A stretch of DNA of 64,000 bases from the NCBI RefSeq assembly GCF_006345805.1, contig NC_043009.1, positions 27,590,001 to 27,654,000 on the forward strand, read 5' to 3'. The notes under the pieces were generated by a model. That model worked only from the letters and a program-made list of their open reading frames with translations. It did no database searches and was not told where the DNA came from. A program made the position numbers and the translations under genes. Shown piece after piece: positions 51,006 to 64,000 of this stretch (positions are counted from its first letter, which is position 1; each line of letters opens with the position of its first letter). The stretch is from Octopus sinensis. Lineage: Eukaryota.

Positions 51006-52124
51006 GAAAGATAAAAGATAAAAATATAAAGAGCAGACTATCCATACATCTCTTCAGCAAAATACCGGTTCCTGCCTCTCAGCATCTAGCATCAATCTAC
51101 ACTTCTCAAGTGGGTGTTTTTGTTCTAGAAGTTACATGGCAACCCCACCAATGCTGGTGCACCAGTTGGGTCACCATGAATATTAAAATATGGACAATAG
51201 TCTCTATAAAGTAGTCAATGTTAGGAAAAGTATCCAAAGAAATCAAACCAAAGCAGACATTGGAGCATGATGCAGTTCTCCAGCTAGTTGGATCCTTTTG
51301 AACCTTCTAACTCATGCCAGCATAGAAGATGGACGTTAATGACATGAATAGCAATGATGATGATGATGATGATAATGATGATGAACAAGAGCCTGTGTGG
51401 GGGAAAATTACAGCTGAATACTGTATATATACCCGTAAGACTCTGATTTTAATCTTGATTTTGGTGAAAGAAAAGTGAGCAGTATTCACAGAGATTTAAA
51501 GCAATCCAAATGTCTTTTTTTTCTTTCACGTAAACAGAATTTATAAAGTAAAAATTCAATATTAACCTCGGATTCTACACATTATTATCAAAAGAACGCT
51601 GTTTTTGTGTAAACAATATCACGCTACATTTTTTCTTCTTTCCTTTGTATTTTTTCTTGCAATGACTGTATTGATGTTAAATTATGACATATAAAAAAAA
51701 ATTTTGGTTAATGAAATGGAATCAACAAAGTAGTTTTTAAGTTCGTCAATATAACAAAAAGAGCATAAAATTTCATGAGAATATTGCTTTGATATTTCAA
51801 CAATTTTAAGCATCATCATCAAAGTAAATACCTCGATTTTGAATTTAAAAATAATTAACTTCTTTGATAAGGACACATTTCGAAGTTGAAAACGAAATTG
51901 GCTATGATTTCTAATTAACGTGTTTGGTTGACTAGTCATGGGTTCAAGTGTCCCAGTGTTATATTATAATTATATTTGGATAATTACTATGCCACAATTA
52001 TCTAAATAGGTTGAAGAGATTCAAAGCACTGTACTTGGCTTTACTGGGTTCTCTCCTGACTTTCTCTGCTCCACTTCTGTCCTTTCCCTAAACTAAATAC
52101 AAATAGAATCCTATTATACTGCAA

Positions 52125-52690
52125 TGAGGAAATTGGTGAGCAGACAGAATCATTCCTGCATAGAACAAATTACCTTGCAGGATTTTTTCTGGCTCTTTAC
52201 ATTCTGAGTTCAAATTCTGCCAAATTTCACTTTGTCTGTCATCCTTTTCGGGTTGATGAAATAAGTTCCTTTTAAGTCTCCCCTGAAGTTTTGGCTTCCT
52301 GCTGAAAATTAGGAAGACTTATTTGTGGCACTCCGTTGGTTATGATGATGAGGGTTCCAGTTGATCTGATCAACTGAACAGCCTGCTCGGGAAATTAACG
52401 TGCAAGTGGTTGAGCATTCCACAGACATGTGTACCCTTAACATAGTTCTTGGAGAGATTCAGCATGATAAGGCTGACCCTTTGAAATACAGTTACAACAA
52501 AAACAGGAAGAAAGAGTGAGTGAAAGTTGTGGTGAAAGAGTACAGCAGGGTTCACTACCACCCCCTGCCAGAGCCTCATGGAGCTTTAGGTGTTTTCGCT
52601 CAATAAACACTCACAACGCCCGGTCTGGGAATCAAAACTACAATCCTGTGACTGCAAGTCTACTACCATAACCACTGGGCCATTGCACTT
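52125..52690. mobile_element. SINE family C (plus, about 52125-52320) abutting a SINE family A variant (minus, about 52322-52690)
   Basis: Family motifs. The A copy carries an extra internal segment relative to 10995-11305. Confidence 0.75.
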
Positions 52691-52894
52691 CCAGAAGACT
52701 TATATTGCTATAAGGAAAGGGGATTGGCAGAATTATTAACCTTTTAGCATTTCAACTGGCCATATCCCACCAAAATATTCAATCTGTTTCATGTTCAAGC
52801 TTGCTAGATCAGGCTTCTCACACCTATTTTACAATGTCATTCCAAAATTAAAAACAATCAGATCATCAAAATCTTGAAGGTATGAAAAGATCAT

Positions 52895-53285
52895 CATCAT
52901 CATCATTTAACACCTGCTTTCATTGCTGGCATGGGTTGGATGATTTGACTGAAAACTGGTAAGTCACGGAGCTGCACCAGTTCCAATCTGATTTGGCAAG
53001 GTTTCTATGTCTGGATGCCCTTCCTAATGCCAACCACTCCAAGAGTGTAGCAGGTGCTTTTTACGTGCCACCGGCACAGATGCCCTTCACCTGACACTGG
53101 CATTAGCCATGACTATGGTGTCACTTGGCTTAACAGGTCTACACAAGAACGGTATAGCGCCAAAGGTTTTGGTTACCAGTTACTGCCTCCATGTGGCCCA
53201 ATGCTTGAATGGTGCTTTTTACGTGCCATCAGACTGGGTGCCAGTCAGATGACACTGGCATCAACCATGACTACAATTTCATACG
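52895..53285 (-). mobile_element. RTE 3' UTR fragment
   Basis: Reverse complement of the RTE tail and repeat units. Confidence 0.8.
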
Positions 53286-53627
53286 GTTTGAAATCAAAAT
53301 ATAATCCATAAATAATCATTATATTTGATAGAGTAATCTCAGAGCTACAGGGTTAAAGTAACCTGCAAAATGTGATGTGGTATTACTGTTTCTGTTCCTT
53401 TTACATGTGCTGAGATAAATTCCTATCCAAATCAACTTTGTCTTTCATGATTTGGTTTCCCTTCATTTTACGTAGTTTCTTCCACTTAGCTTTCCAATGC
53501 TCTTGACATTAAATAAGTCCACAAACTTAACACTGACGAGATAAACCATTATACTTCTTGGGCAGTATATATAATATACAAAGGACAGATGCTTAAAGAT
53601 AATGGCATAGTAAATGAATATATATAC

Positions 53628-53734
53628 ATGAAAATATCTGTCAACTGTAAATGTAACAGGCTGGATATTGTTCTTTAGAACAGACAAGAAAAAGTATGTA
53701 TCACAGAGGTCAGCTGTCCTGCTGATGTGAATAC
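53628..53734 (-). CDS. Candidate exon (G)IHISRTADLCDTYFFLSVLKNNIQPVTFTVDRYFH; 3' boundary uncertain
   Basis: cttccctttgattttcaaacag acceptor; lies in a 103-aa non-repetitive ORF; phase 1 start matches the 58560 donor. Confidence 0.35.
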
Positions 53735-54332
53735 CTGTTTGAAAATCAAAGGGAAAGAAGATAACTATGAACAACTGCTTTGAAACGTCCAGCTTCTAAA
53801 AGCAGGTTATAAATTCACGTTTATATCAGTAATAATTGGTGCACTAGATTTTGTGAGTAAAAGCCAAATTGACTGACAATCTGAATGAGCTAGGGTTTCC
53901 AGAAAAACAAATCAACCAGCTAATTTGTACATTATAAATACAATCTATAAGGGGAACAATAAAAATATGCAAGACTTTTTTGAAGTTTATAATGTGATAT
54001 TGTGGGAACATTGATTTCATTCCAGGAGTTATATATATATATATATGTATGTATCTATGTGTGTGTATGTATGTGTGTGTGTGTGTGTGTCTGAGTGTGT
54101 GTGTGAGAGAGAGAGAGAGTATGTGTGTGTATATGTTTGTGTACATGTGCACATATATATATATATGCATACATACATATATATGTGTGCGTATATATGT
54201 ATATATATATATGAATACATATGTAAATATGTATCCATATATGTCTATATATATGTGTGTGTGTGTATATATATTTATATAAATATATATAAGAGAATCA
54301 GGCAAAACGAATATATAAATGTATATATATAC

Positions 54333-54363
<31 letters not shown>

Positions 54364-54573
54364 TAATACATATGCATCAGTGTGTGGGTGTACTGTTGTG
54401 TGTATAGTTATGTGCGTCAACTTACGTATTGTATGGAAGCTTTGTATGTACAATACAGAAGAATTGTCGATCTTGTTTTGAGTGAATTTGGATTATACAG
54501 CAAGATAATGTAAAGAATTGAAAAAAAGAAATAAATTATAGAAGAAAGAATACTGTATTGTTGTTTCCAACTT

Positions 54574-54606
<33 letters not shown>

Positions 54607-54900
54607 CATAGTAAGTATATTAATGATAATAATGGTGTGTTATGTGCATAAACGTGTTTACCTAAATATGTGTTTGTGTATAAAATATTTGAATTGAGAA
54701 AAAAAAAAGACAAAAAAACAAAACAAATAAATAAATAGATTAAATAAATTGGAAAAAAAATGCGATGACCCTTGAAGATATTGTGAGAGTAAATGGTTAC
54801 TTCAACTCAGGTACAGTTCATCAGGTACAGAAATATAGCACCATAAGAAACAATGTCAAATGAACAATGATATATATATGTATAAATAATATATATATAT

Positions 54901-54934
<34 letters not shown>

Positions 54935-55018
54935 ATATATGTATGTATGTATGTAATATGTATATAAAGAAAATGCTTTGCATATGTGGGTGTATGTTTC
55001 TATGTATACGTTCATATA

Positions 55019-55079
<61 letters not shown>

Positions 55080-55732
55080 GAGTAAGCATATATATATATA
55101 TATATACATATATGTTGTGTGTGTGTATGAATATATATATATGTATATACACATGTTTTTACACACATACATGCACACACACAAGTTTGATAAGCTTTAA
55201 TAAATATAGAGCCAGTAATTCAATGACTTTCTCTCTACATCTACCATCAATGGATCAACATAATTTTTAGTTATCAGATCTGTGAGGGGAAATATTCCGG
55301 TAAATTCTTTGATCACAGATGTACGCAGTGACGTCAGTTTAATAAAGGGAAAGAAAATAATTATATACGAAACTCTGAGAAAACTTAGAGCTGTAGTTTG
55401 TATGGCAGCAATGATACAAGCAATATATAACAGATGTAATTTTAATAAAATGTTCGTTGGTTGCTTTATCTCTTTAACTACTACAATAATCTACAACATA
55501 TGTGGCTGTGTGGTAAGAGGTATGCTTCCAAACCAAATGGTTCCAGGTTCAGTCCCACTGTATGGCACCATGGGCAAGTGTCTTCTACTATGTCCTCGGG
55601 CCGACCAGAGCTTTGTGAGTGGATTTGGTAAATGAAAACAGAAAGAAGCCTGTCATATATATGTGTGTGCATGTGTGTGTGTGTATATATATGTTATGTA
55701 TATATATATGTGTGTGTGTCTGTATGTGTGTA

Positions 55733-55782
<50 letters not shown>

Positions 55783-56194
55783 CATATGTATATATATATG
55801 AGACGATGTATGAGGGTTTGACAATTTCTTGCTGAACAACCACACAAATGATTTGTTTATAGTGATCAAATGTTTGTTTAGACAGAAACTAATTTCCTCC
55901 ATCAGATCGACATTACCTGTACAGGTGCAACGGGTGCCACATGTCAGATGTCGAAATGATCGTAGAGCAATGTGAAATGAAGTGCTTTGCTCAAGAACAC
56001 AACACAACGTACGGTCTGGGAATTGAACCCATGTTCTCACAATCGTGAGTGCAACACCTTAACTACTAAGCCATCTGCCTTCATATGCACATACACACAC
56101 ACACACACACACATACACACACATATAAATATATAGATATGGATATACAGCTATGTTGATGCAAACAGGAAAAATAGAACTCAAAATATGACTG

Positions 56195-56366
56195 CAGGAG
56201 TGGCTGTGTGGTAAGTTGCTTGCTTACCAACCACATTATTCTGGGTTCAGTCCCACTGCATGCCACCTTGGGCAAGTGTCTTCTATTCTAGCCTTGAGCC
56301 AACCAAAGCTTGTGAGTGGATTTGGTAGAAGGAAACTGAAAGCCCATCGTATATATATATATATTA

Positions 56367-56399
<33 letters not shown>

Positions 56400-56612
56400 C
56401 GAAAATTTGTCTATCTGTGTTTGTTCCCACCATTGCTTGACAACTGATGCTGGTGTGTTTACATCCCCCGTAACTTAGCAGTTCAGCAAAAGAGGCTGAT
56501 GGAATAAGTACTAGGCTTACAAAGAATAAGCCCTGGGGTTTATTTGTTCAACTAAAGGCAGTGCTCCAAAATGGCTACAATCAAATGACTGAAGCAAATA
56601 AAAGAATAAAAG
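56195..56612 (+). mobile_element. SINE family B, full length
   Basis: Head, internal (TA)(TG) tract, tail. Confidence 0.9.
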
Positions 56613-56969
56613 GATATATATATATTTTTTTATTAATATTTAATAGAACAGAGTGAATCAAGGTTCAGCCTGTGTGTTTGTAGATACATATATATAGATA
56701 TATAAAAAATGCTATCGAAACAGCTGTCGTCAATTTTAAATTCTACCTGTCTTTACTTTTCTATACCTACTCCACACTAAGGACCTACTAGTGAGTTGGA
56801 TCTATGGTTATGGATTGGATTTGGTACTTGCATATCTACAGTATTCTGCCAACACTTGAAGTCTTTAATATTTTCTTTATTTCGGTGTGGGCTCCTTGCG
56901 ATTGTACCCAGCCATTTCTGGCATCCTGCAGATTGATGAGCATTGATTCTTAAGAATCCGCATAACTAA

Positions 56970-57076
56970 ATGATATATAGGTATTTATATATATGTATGT
57001 ATGTGCATATGAATATGTATACATATGTGTGTGTGTGTATACAAGACACACACACACACACGGATGCACACACATA

Positions 57077-57133
<57 letters not shown>

Positions 57134-57319
57134 TATATATATATGCATTTATGTAGTATGTATATGTATGTATATATATATATATATATATATGTACATA
57201 TACACACACATATATATATATACATACATACATGCATGCATATATATATATATATAATATATATATATAATATATATATATATATATACATATATACATA
57301 TATACATATGTACATATGC

Positions 57320-57396
<77 letters not shown>

Positions 57397-57445
57397 CATA
57401 CATATCTCCATATATTTAGACACACACACACACACACATAGATGC
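56970..57445. repeat. Long (TA)-rich compound microsatellite
   Basis: Directly visible. Confidence 0.95.
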
Positions 57446-57859
57446 ATATTAAATGTCAATTCACTTTTCAAAATTTTCACTTCCTCTTTACTAAGTGACT
57501 GAACTAGTTTTATACTTTCATATGTAATATAATATAGTTAAGTAATTTAGTACACAACGGTATATGGAATTTAAAAAAAATTTTTTATTCCATTCTATTT
57601 TATTAAAACAGTGAAAGATGTCAAAGTAGAATCGCAACAGGAATTTATCATCGAAAGTATTTCAAGAACACTTTTGTTTTTTCTTCCTCTTTCACAATTG
57701 CAATCAGTGGAACTGCTGTCTTCACCAACTCCATTGTCACAATCATCATCAGCAGCAGCAGCAATAGCAGCAGTAGCAACAATGATGGCAACATTTACAC
57801 CAACCATAAGACAGTTCCACTAGTGCACTTCTCTCATTGTAAATGCCACAAAAACAACT

Positions 57860-58310
57860 ACCATCACCACCACCACCACTGTCATATTCATCATCGTCGT
57901 TGTTATCGTCATCATCATCATCATCATCGTTGTCATCATCATCATCACCATCACTACCACCACCACCATCATCATCATTGTCATCATCATTGTCACCATC
58001 ATCATCATCATCATTATCACCATTATTATCACCATCATCACCACCATCATTACTACCATCATTACCACCATCATCATCACCATCATTATCGTCGTTGTCG
58101 TCGTTGTTGTCATCATCATCATCATCGTCATCATCACCACCACCACTACCACCGCCACTGCCACCACCACCACCACCACCACCATCGCCACCACCATCGC
58201 CACCACCATCATTATCATCATCAACATTTAATACCACCTTTCCATGCTGGCATGGGTTGGATTGTATGACAGAAACTGGCAAGTCCAGGGATTGCACCAG
58301 CTACCACTGT
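57860..58310 (-). repeat. Mosaic (CAT/CAC/CGT)n trinucleotide tract continuous with an RTE-type tail
   Basis: The tract runs into TTCCATGCTGGCATGGGTTGGA (RTE tail, minus strand). Confidence 0.85.
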
Positions 58311-58559
58311 TTGCTTTCTATGCTATCTATTTACACACATGTCTATCCTGGTGCTGAACCCAAAAACTACATATTTGAGAAGCAAGCTTGTTAACCACAC
58401 AGCCATAATCTGTACCATTCTTACATATAATACCAAAATCCTAATTAGTTTTGATTATTTATTTTTAGTTTTGGTAGAATTTGATCACTAGCGTATAAAT
58501 CAACTCAAATAGTGATTTTTCAGCAGATGTATTCTTTCTCCTTATCTGAACAATCCCAC

Positions 58560-58613
58560 CTTTAAAGAAAGCAACCGTTCCATGCAATCTCATTTCCCTG
58601 AGTCCTTGTTCCA
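58560..58613 (-). CDS. Candidate 54-nt phase 1-1 exon (EQGLREMRLHGTVAFFK)
   Basis: attgatttctggcag acceptor and AAG|gtggga donor. Confidence 0.4.
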
Positions 58614-60515
58614 CTGCCAGAAATCAATATTGCTTAGAGTGAACATTATGTGAATAATTCTATAAATAGATGAAGTTTCAGTCTGTAGGTCACTAGAAGC
58701 AATAACTCAAACTAGCACCATACAGGTTTCATATAACATTTCCTATATACATATGGAATTATATAACTTTTACCATTTCGCTATTCTTCTTTGGAATATG
58801 GCTTTCATGATATTATTGCTGAATAAATGGTTTTCAGCAAGATCTTGATTTAAATGGCATAGATAATTAAGAAATAAATTGTTTTATTTTATTAATATAT
58901 TAGATAGATTCATGGTTATATGGTTTCAAAGTTTGCTTTCAAGCATCATGGTTTAAAGGTTTGGTCACACTCTATGAAACATTGGGCATGTGCCGTTATT
59001 TGTAGCTCCAGGCTTGCAAAAAAAAAAGCTCAAAAAACAAAAAAAAGCAACTTTGTAAGTGGATTTGGTAGACAACAGTTGAAAGAAGCCTGTATATACA
59101 AGAAGTTTCTTTCAGTTTCTATCTACCAAATCTGCTCACAAGGTTTGGACAGCCTAGAATTTTTGCAGAAGACATTTGCCAAAGGTGCTATTGCTATTTT
59201 GCATCCACTATACATACTAGCATTGGTTGGATATGTTATCAGGGTCTGGATTAACCCTTATTTGATGCTTGTACCCTGAAAGTAAATACGTCATCAATCA
59301 ATTTGTGTGTGTATGTGTTTGTGTGTGTGTGTGTGTATGCACACACAGATGCAGATGTATGTATATGTGTGTTTGTGAAAAAACGTGCATGTTTATATCT
59401 CCTTTACCTGCTTTGTATGGTGAATGTAAACAGGTGTCACTGTCATACAAGCAGTGTCGTTCATTTCCCATCTTCCATGGAAACACACCTGGCCATGGGA
59501 GATATTACCTTGTTTGGAAAACAAGTAAGTGCTGGCAACAGGATGGGCCTGATTGTAATTGCACAAAGCTTACCTTAATGAATTCCATCTGATTGTGAAG
59601 TTCTTAAGCACTCAACCATGTGTGTATCTTTACCACTTAATTCATCAAAGAATCAGTACTGGAATTTGTATAATATTTCAAAGAAAAGAAACAATCTTAG
59701 ATCATAATAAATTAAGTGCAGCACAATAAGGATGTCTGCTGTAAATCATGTTGCTATGTATGAATTTCAGTTTTCCTCATTCATTTTACATCTGTCTTTC
59801 TATGCTAGAATGAGTTAGGTGTATATGTATTATCAAGGTATTCTTTTACAACTGGATGCTCTTGCTGCTGTTAACCTTTGCTTGCTTCACAAGTAAAGGA
59901 ATTTTTATTCCATTTTTCTTTAAAAGCACAAAGCAATTGGACGGTTTGTTGACAGGGAATTTTCAACAAATTACTCTGCATTTCTGTCCTTTTTTCATGT
60001 AAAATACAGAAAGCAAACATTTACACACACAAATGATGAACTTCCATACAGTTTCCATCTACCTAGCTCACTGACAAGGTGTTGTCTACCTCAAGGTTAT
60101 AGTAAAATGAGCATTTTCCTAAGGGTACTGCTCAGTGGAACTGAACCTGAAGCCACATGGTTGACAAAAGTCTTCTTAACCACACAGCCAAGCTTCTCCA
60201 TATTTCTTCTCATCACATTTTAAAATGTGATAAAATTATATTTTACAACTGATAAAATTCAATAACTGTTCACACCCAATCAAAAGTTCCTAATTACTGC
60301 AATCAAAATATCAAACTTTAGATTTTTATCAGAATCTTTCACAACTTCAAGTTATGTATTAATAGAATTTACCAATTCCACTCTCTCATCTTCTATCAAA
60401 TGCACAAAAACAATATCATCACCATTAACTACTAAATTCAATAATTTCTCTACTTAATTTTCTATCTAAATTTTCACGAGATGTTAATCAATGACTTGTC
60501 ATCACCTAGACACAC

Positions 60516-60587
60516 CCTTATGTCTTTCATCTCTCCAACATTGTAAGTCAATGATTAGGTTATATATATCTTGTAATATTTCAAAGA
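60516..60587 (-). CDS. Candidate 72-nt phase 1-1 exon (FEILQDIYNLIIDLQCWRDERHK)
   Basis: ttctctctgttctgctatttccatctgccaaag acceptor and AAGG|gtgtgt donor. Confidence 0.4.
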
Positions 60588-60894
60588 CTTTGGCAGATGG
60601 AAATAGCAGAACAGAGAGAATCTTTTTCCATTATACAGGGTTCTAAAAGGAGTCAAACTGGCAGAATCATTAGTCTATCAGACAAAAAGCTTAGTGGCAT
60701 TTTCCCTCATGCAATGCTGAGGTCAACACTGCCATTTATCATTTCAAGATTGGTAAAATAAGTACCAGTCAAGTACTGGGGTCAATGATATCAACTAAAC
60801 CCCATTTTTAAAACTGCTGGCCTTGTGCCAAAAATTGAAACTTTTTTAAACCATTATTAAAATCAAAAGTCAAAAATTAAAATCACAATCAAAA

Positions 60895-61678
60895 ATGGAA
60901 ATTGTAGTTGTGGCCGGTGCCAGTGCCACATGACTGGCTCCTGTACTAGTGGCACGCAATAAGCATCATTCATGTGTGGGTCATTGCCAGTGCCGCATGA
61001 CTGGCTCCTGTGCTGGTGGCAAGCAATAAGCATCATTCATGTGTGGGTCATTGCCAGTGCTGCCTGACTGGCTCCTCATGCCTGTGGCATGTAAAAAGAA
61101 CCATCCGAGTGTGGTTAATGCTAGTGCCCCTGCCCTGACTGGCTCCTGTGCCAGTAGCACGAAAAATGCATTATCCAAACATGGCTAATGCCAGTGTCAC
61201 TTGACTGGCTCCCATGCCTGTGGCATGTAAAAAGAACCATCCGAGTGTGGTTAATGCTAGTGCCCCTGCCCTGACTGGCTCCTGTGCCAGTAGCACGAAA
61301 AATGCATTATCCAAACATGGCTAATGCCAGTGTCACTTGACTGGCTCCCATGCCGGTGGCATGTAAAAAGAACCATCCGAGTGTGGTTAATGCTAGTGCC
61401 CCTGCCCTGACTGGCTCCTGTGCCAGTAGCACGAAAAATGCATTATCCAAACATGGCTAATGCCAGTGTCACTTGACTGGCTCCCATGCCGGTGGCATGT
61501 AAAAAGCACCCACTACACTCTTGGAGTGGTTGGTGTTAGGAAGGGCATCCAGCAGTAGAAACATTGCCAGATCAGATTGGAGTCTGGTGCAGCCTCCTGG
61601 CTAGCCAGTCCCCAGTCAAACCGTCCAGCCCATGCCCGCATGGAAAACGGACGTTAAACGATGATGATGATGATGATT
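60895..61678 (+). mobile_element. RTE 3' UTR with amplified tandem array and (GAT)n tail
   Basis: Two 67-bp units, then three near-identical 136-bp higher-order units (61081-61488), then the RTE tail. Confidence 0.9.
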
Positions 61679-61972
61679 CGTACACAGTTCCTTTACATTT
61701 CTGATGTTTCATAAAAAAATTAAAATCATTCCAAGTAATTAACATATATCTTATTTCTAAGTCCCAGAAAGATTTGTGACAAAGTTTACCTGAGTGGAAC
61801 TTGAACTAAAGGCTAGTAGATTACAAAATACTAAAGAAATTTACTCCCACACTTTAACAATATTGCCAATCCACTGCTTATATAGGGCAAAACTTAAGAT
61901 TTTCAGATCAGTAATGCATTTAGAAAGTGGAGGAAATTACTTTTCCTTTCAGCAAAGCCAATAAAATACCTA

Positions 61973-62112
61973 TCAATGATGTTCTTTAAGGAATGGAACC
62001 AATTCTCTTTGTAATCTTTTTACATCGCTGCTGGTGAACAATGTTGCCATTTCCAGGTTTCCAATAAGCCAATCACAGCATTTATGAATGAAAGAGGGAT
62101 CAGTATTCATAA
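61973..62112 (-). CDS. Candidate exon MNTDPSFIHKCCDWLIGNLEMATLFTSSDVKRLQRELVPFLKEHH* (possible internal donor at 62023)
   Basis: tgtttgttttgcatcaag acceptor; protein-like composition in unique DNA; no homology recognised. Confidence 0.3.
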
Positions 62113-62220
62113 CTTGATGCAAAACAAACATCTCAAGGGACCTTATAAATAACACTTATTTTGGCCATCTCATTTACAATTATACACTTTGCTGATATAC
62201 TTCAGTGAAAGGCATACGTT

Positions 62221-62257
<37 letters not shown>

Positions 62258-63551
62258 GCACACATATGTTCACATAAACACACATATAAGTGTGTGTTTC
62301 AGTTGTTTACTTTATGTTTATTTTTCCATGCTAGGAAGGGTTCAAAAGAGACGTCTTTGAACCAATATTATATGGCCAGATACCCATCCAGTTGTCAAAA
62401 AATGCTTGTTTTTCAAATTAGGAACATTCATTACGTTCTGCTATTCCATTACTCTTTGTAAGTGTAGATCTCCAGGATGTATTGATTAATGGGAACACAG
62501 TCATGATAACAATGTTTTGTACAAACTTTCACAAAGGCAACATTAAGGTGTACACACACACACACACACATGCACACACAGCATGATTTAGTGGTTAAAG
62601 TATTGCACTCATGATCAAACTAGGTGACTCATCATGTTCTTGAGCAAGATGTTTCATTTCTCTGAGCCACTGAGCTGGCAAAGATAAGTAATCCTGAAAT
62701 GGAATGGTGTCCCATCCAAAGTGAGAATATACACAACACAGAATGCAGGAAACCACTCCTATGAGCCATAGGCTGATATATGTGTGTGTGTGTGTGTGCG
62801 CATGTATTAATATCTACTTACATACATAGATACACATATACATACAATATGTGTGTGTGTGTGTGTGTATATATATATGTATATATACTAACATACATAT
62901 ACACATATACGCACAATATAAGTGTGTATGTATGTATACACATAAATATATAAAATATATGCATATGGCTATGTGCACACATAACTAGGAAAAGTAATTC
63001 AATGTTTTATTTCACGCTGTAATTATTCAAGGAGAGAGAATAATATTTTTTCTTATTTTTCAGATATCTTAATTTTATTCATTTTTATTTTTTGTTAAAA
63101 AAAAATATAATTAATGCCAGACATTTCTGCTCCAATCAATTATTTGGGAGAAATTTCAGTGAGAAAAAAAGAAAAAAAGAAAATATATATTCGATTTTCC
63201 TATTAAAAGTTTTGATTTATTTTGGGACGATATACATTAAAAGAATCTTCCGCAGCACCACATCAATAAGAATAATGATTTATCAAAGAAAGGACAAAAA
63301 TGTAATTAGTCAAATATAAAATATATTTTCAAAGAAGAAAATGGAAAAAGTTTCTTAAAATAAAGGAGAAAATTAAATACAGCAAACTATGATTAAGTTA
63401 GGATTGTTTTTAAAATATAAGTTAAATGAAAATGAAGTCAATGTAATTAGTAAGTTACAAAGTCTTCGTTAAAAGATACGTCTTTTAAAATTATTGAACA
63501 TTTTTTCATACATTAATTATTTGTTCGTTTGTTCATTTTATACTTATCATT

Positions 63552-63756
63552 TTACTCTTTTACTTGTTTCAGTCATTTGACTGTGGCCGTTCTGGAGCAC
63601 CGCCTTTAGTCGAGCAAATCGATCCCAGTACTTATTCTTTGTAAGCCTAGTACTTATTCTATTGGTTCTCTTTTGCTGAACTGCTAAGTTATGGGGACAT
63701 AAACACACCAACATCGGTTGTCAAGCGATGTTGGGGCGACAAACACAGACACACAA

Positions 63757-63796
<40 letters not shown>

Positions 63797-63972
63797 GCAC
63801 ATATATATATTTATACATACATATATACGACAGGCTTCTTTCAGTTTCCGTCAACCAAATCCACTCACAAGACTTTGATCGGCCCGAGGCTATAGTGGAA
63901 TACACTTGACAAGCTGCCACACAGTGGAACTGAACCCAGAACCATGTGGTTTGTAAGCAAGCTACTTACCAC
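63552..63972 (-). mobile_element. SINE family B, full length; another copy begins at the window end
   Basis: Complete head and tail with internal (CA)n. Confidence 0.9.
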
Positions 63973-64000
63973 ATCATTTCTTTTTAACTTGTTTCAGTCA

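Noticed and set aside
57749-58394. Long ORFs rich in H, D, M, S/P or V in several frames
   Set aside because: They are translations of a trinucleotide mosaic continuous with an RTE tail and are open in multiple frames on both strands.
60300-60460. Minus-strand LVVNGDDIVF, resembling RNA-virus RdRp motif C
   Set aside because: No motif A or B is recognisable upstream and the frame has several stops; a chance match is likely. A tblastx search against viral RdRps would settle it.
60895-61510. Regularly spaced repeats resembling a CRISPR array
   Set aside because: There are no unique spacers and no cas genes, and the units match the RTE 3' UTR repeat in a eukaryotic context.

Overview
AT-rich, repeat-saturated eukaryotic DNA. 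The SINE, LINE and MITE families and the very high microsatellite load resemble coleoid cephalopod (Octopus-like) genomes; this assignment is an inference. Almost all long entries in the ORF track are translated microsatellites. Supported content: (1) many tRNA-derived SINE copies from at least four families; (2) 5'-truncated RTE-clade and R4/Dong-like LINE ends; (3) mariner, piggyBac-like and hAT-like MITEs; (4) short repeats carrying minimal type I hammerhead ribozyme (HHR) motifs of the Penelope-like-element (PLE) type, in five apparently distinct families. The HHR set includes a near-perfect 275-bp inverted repeat whose HHR has a compensatory U3:A8 core pair, and a tRNA-headed, HHR-bearing unit that looks like a non-autonomous SINE/retrozyme-like element. 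Splice signals and phase compatibility also suggest two interleaved, unidentified multi-exon genes: a + strand single-pass membrane protein built from micro-exons, and a - strand gene. These gene models are tentative. No CRISPR array, rRNA or convincing functional tRNA gene was found. Repeat boundaries are approximate (about +/-10 bp) unless junctions are quoted.
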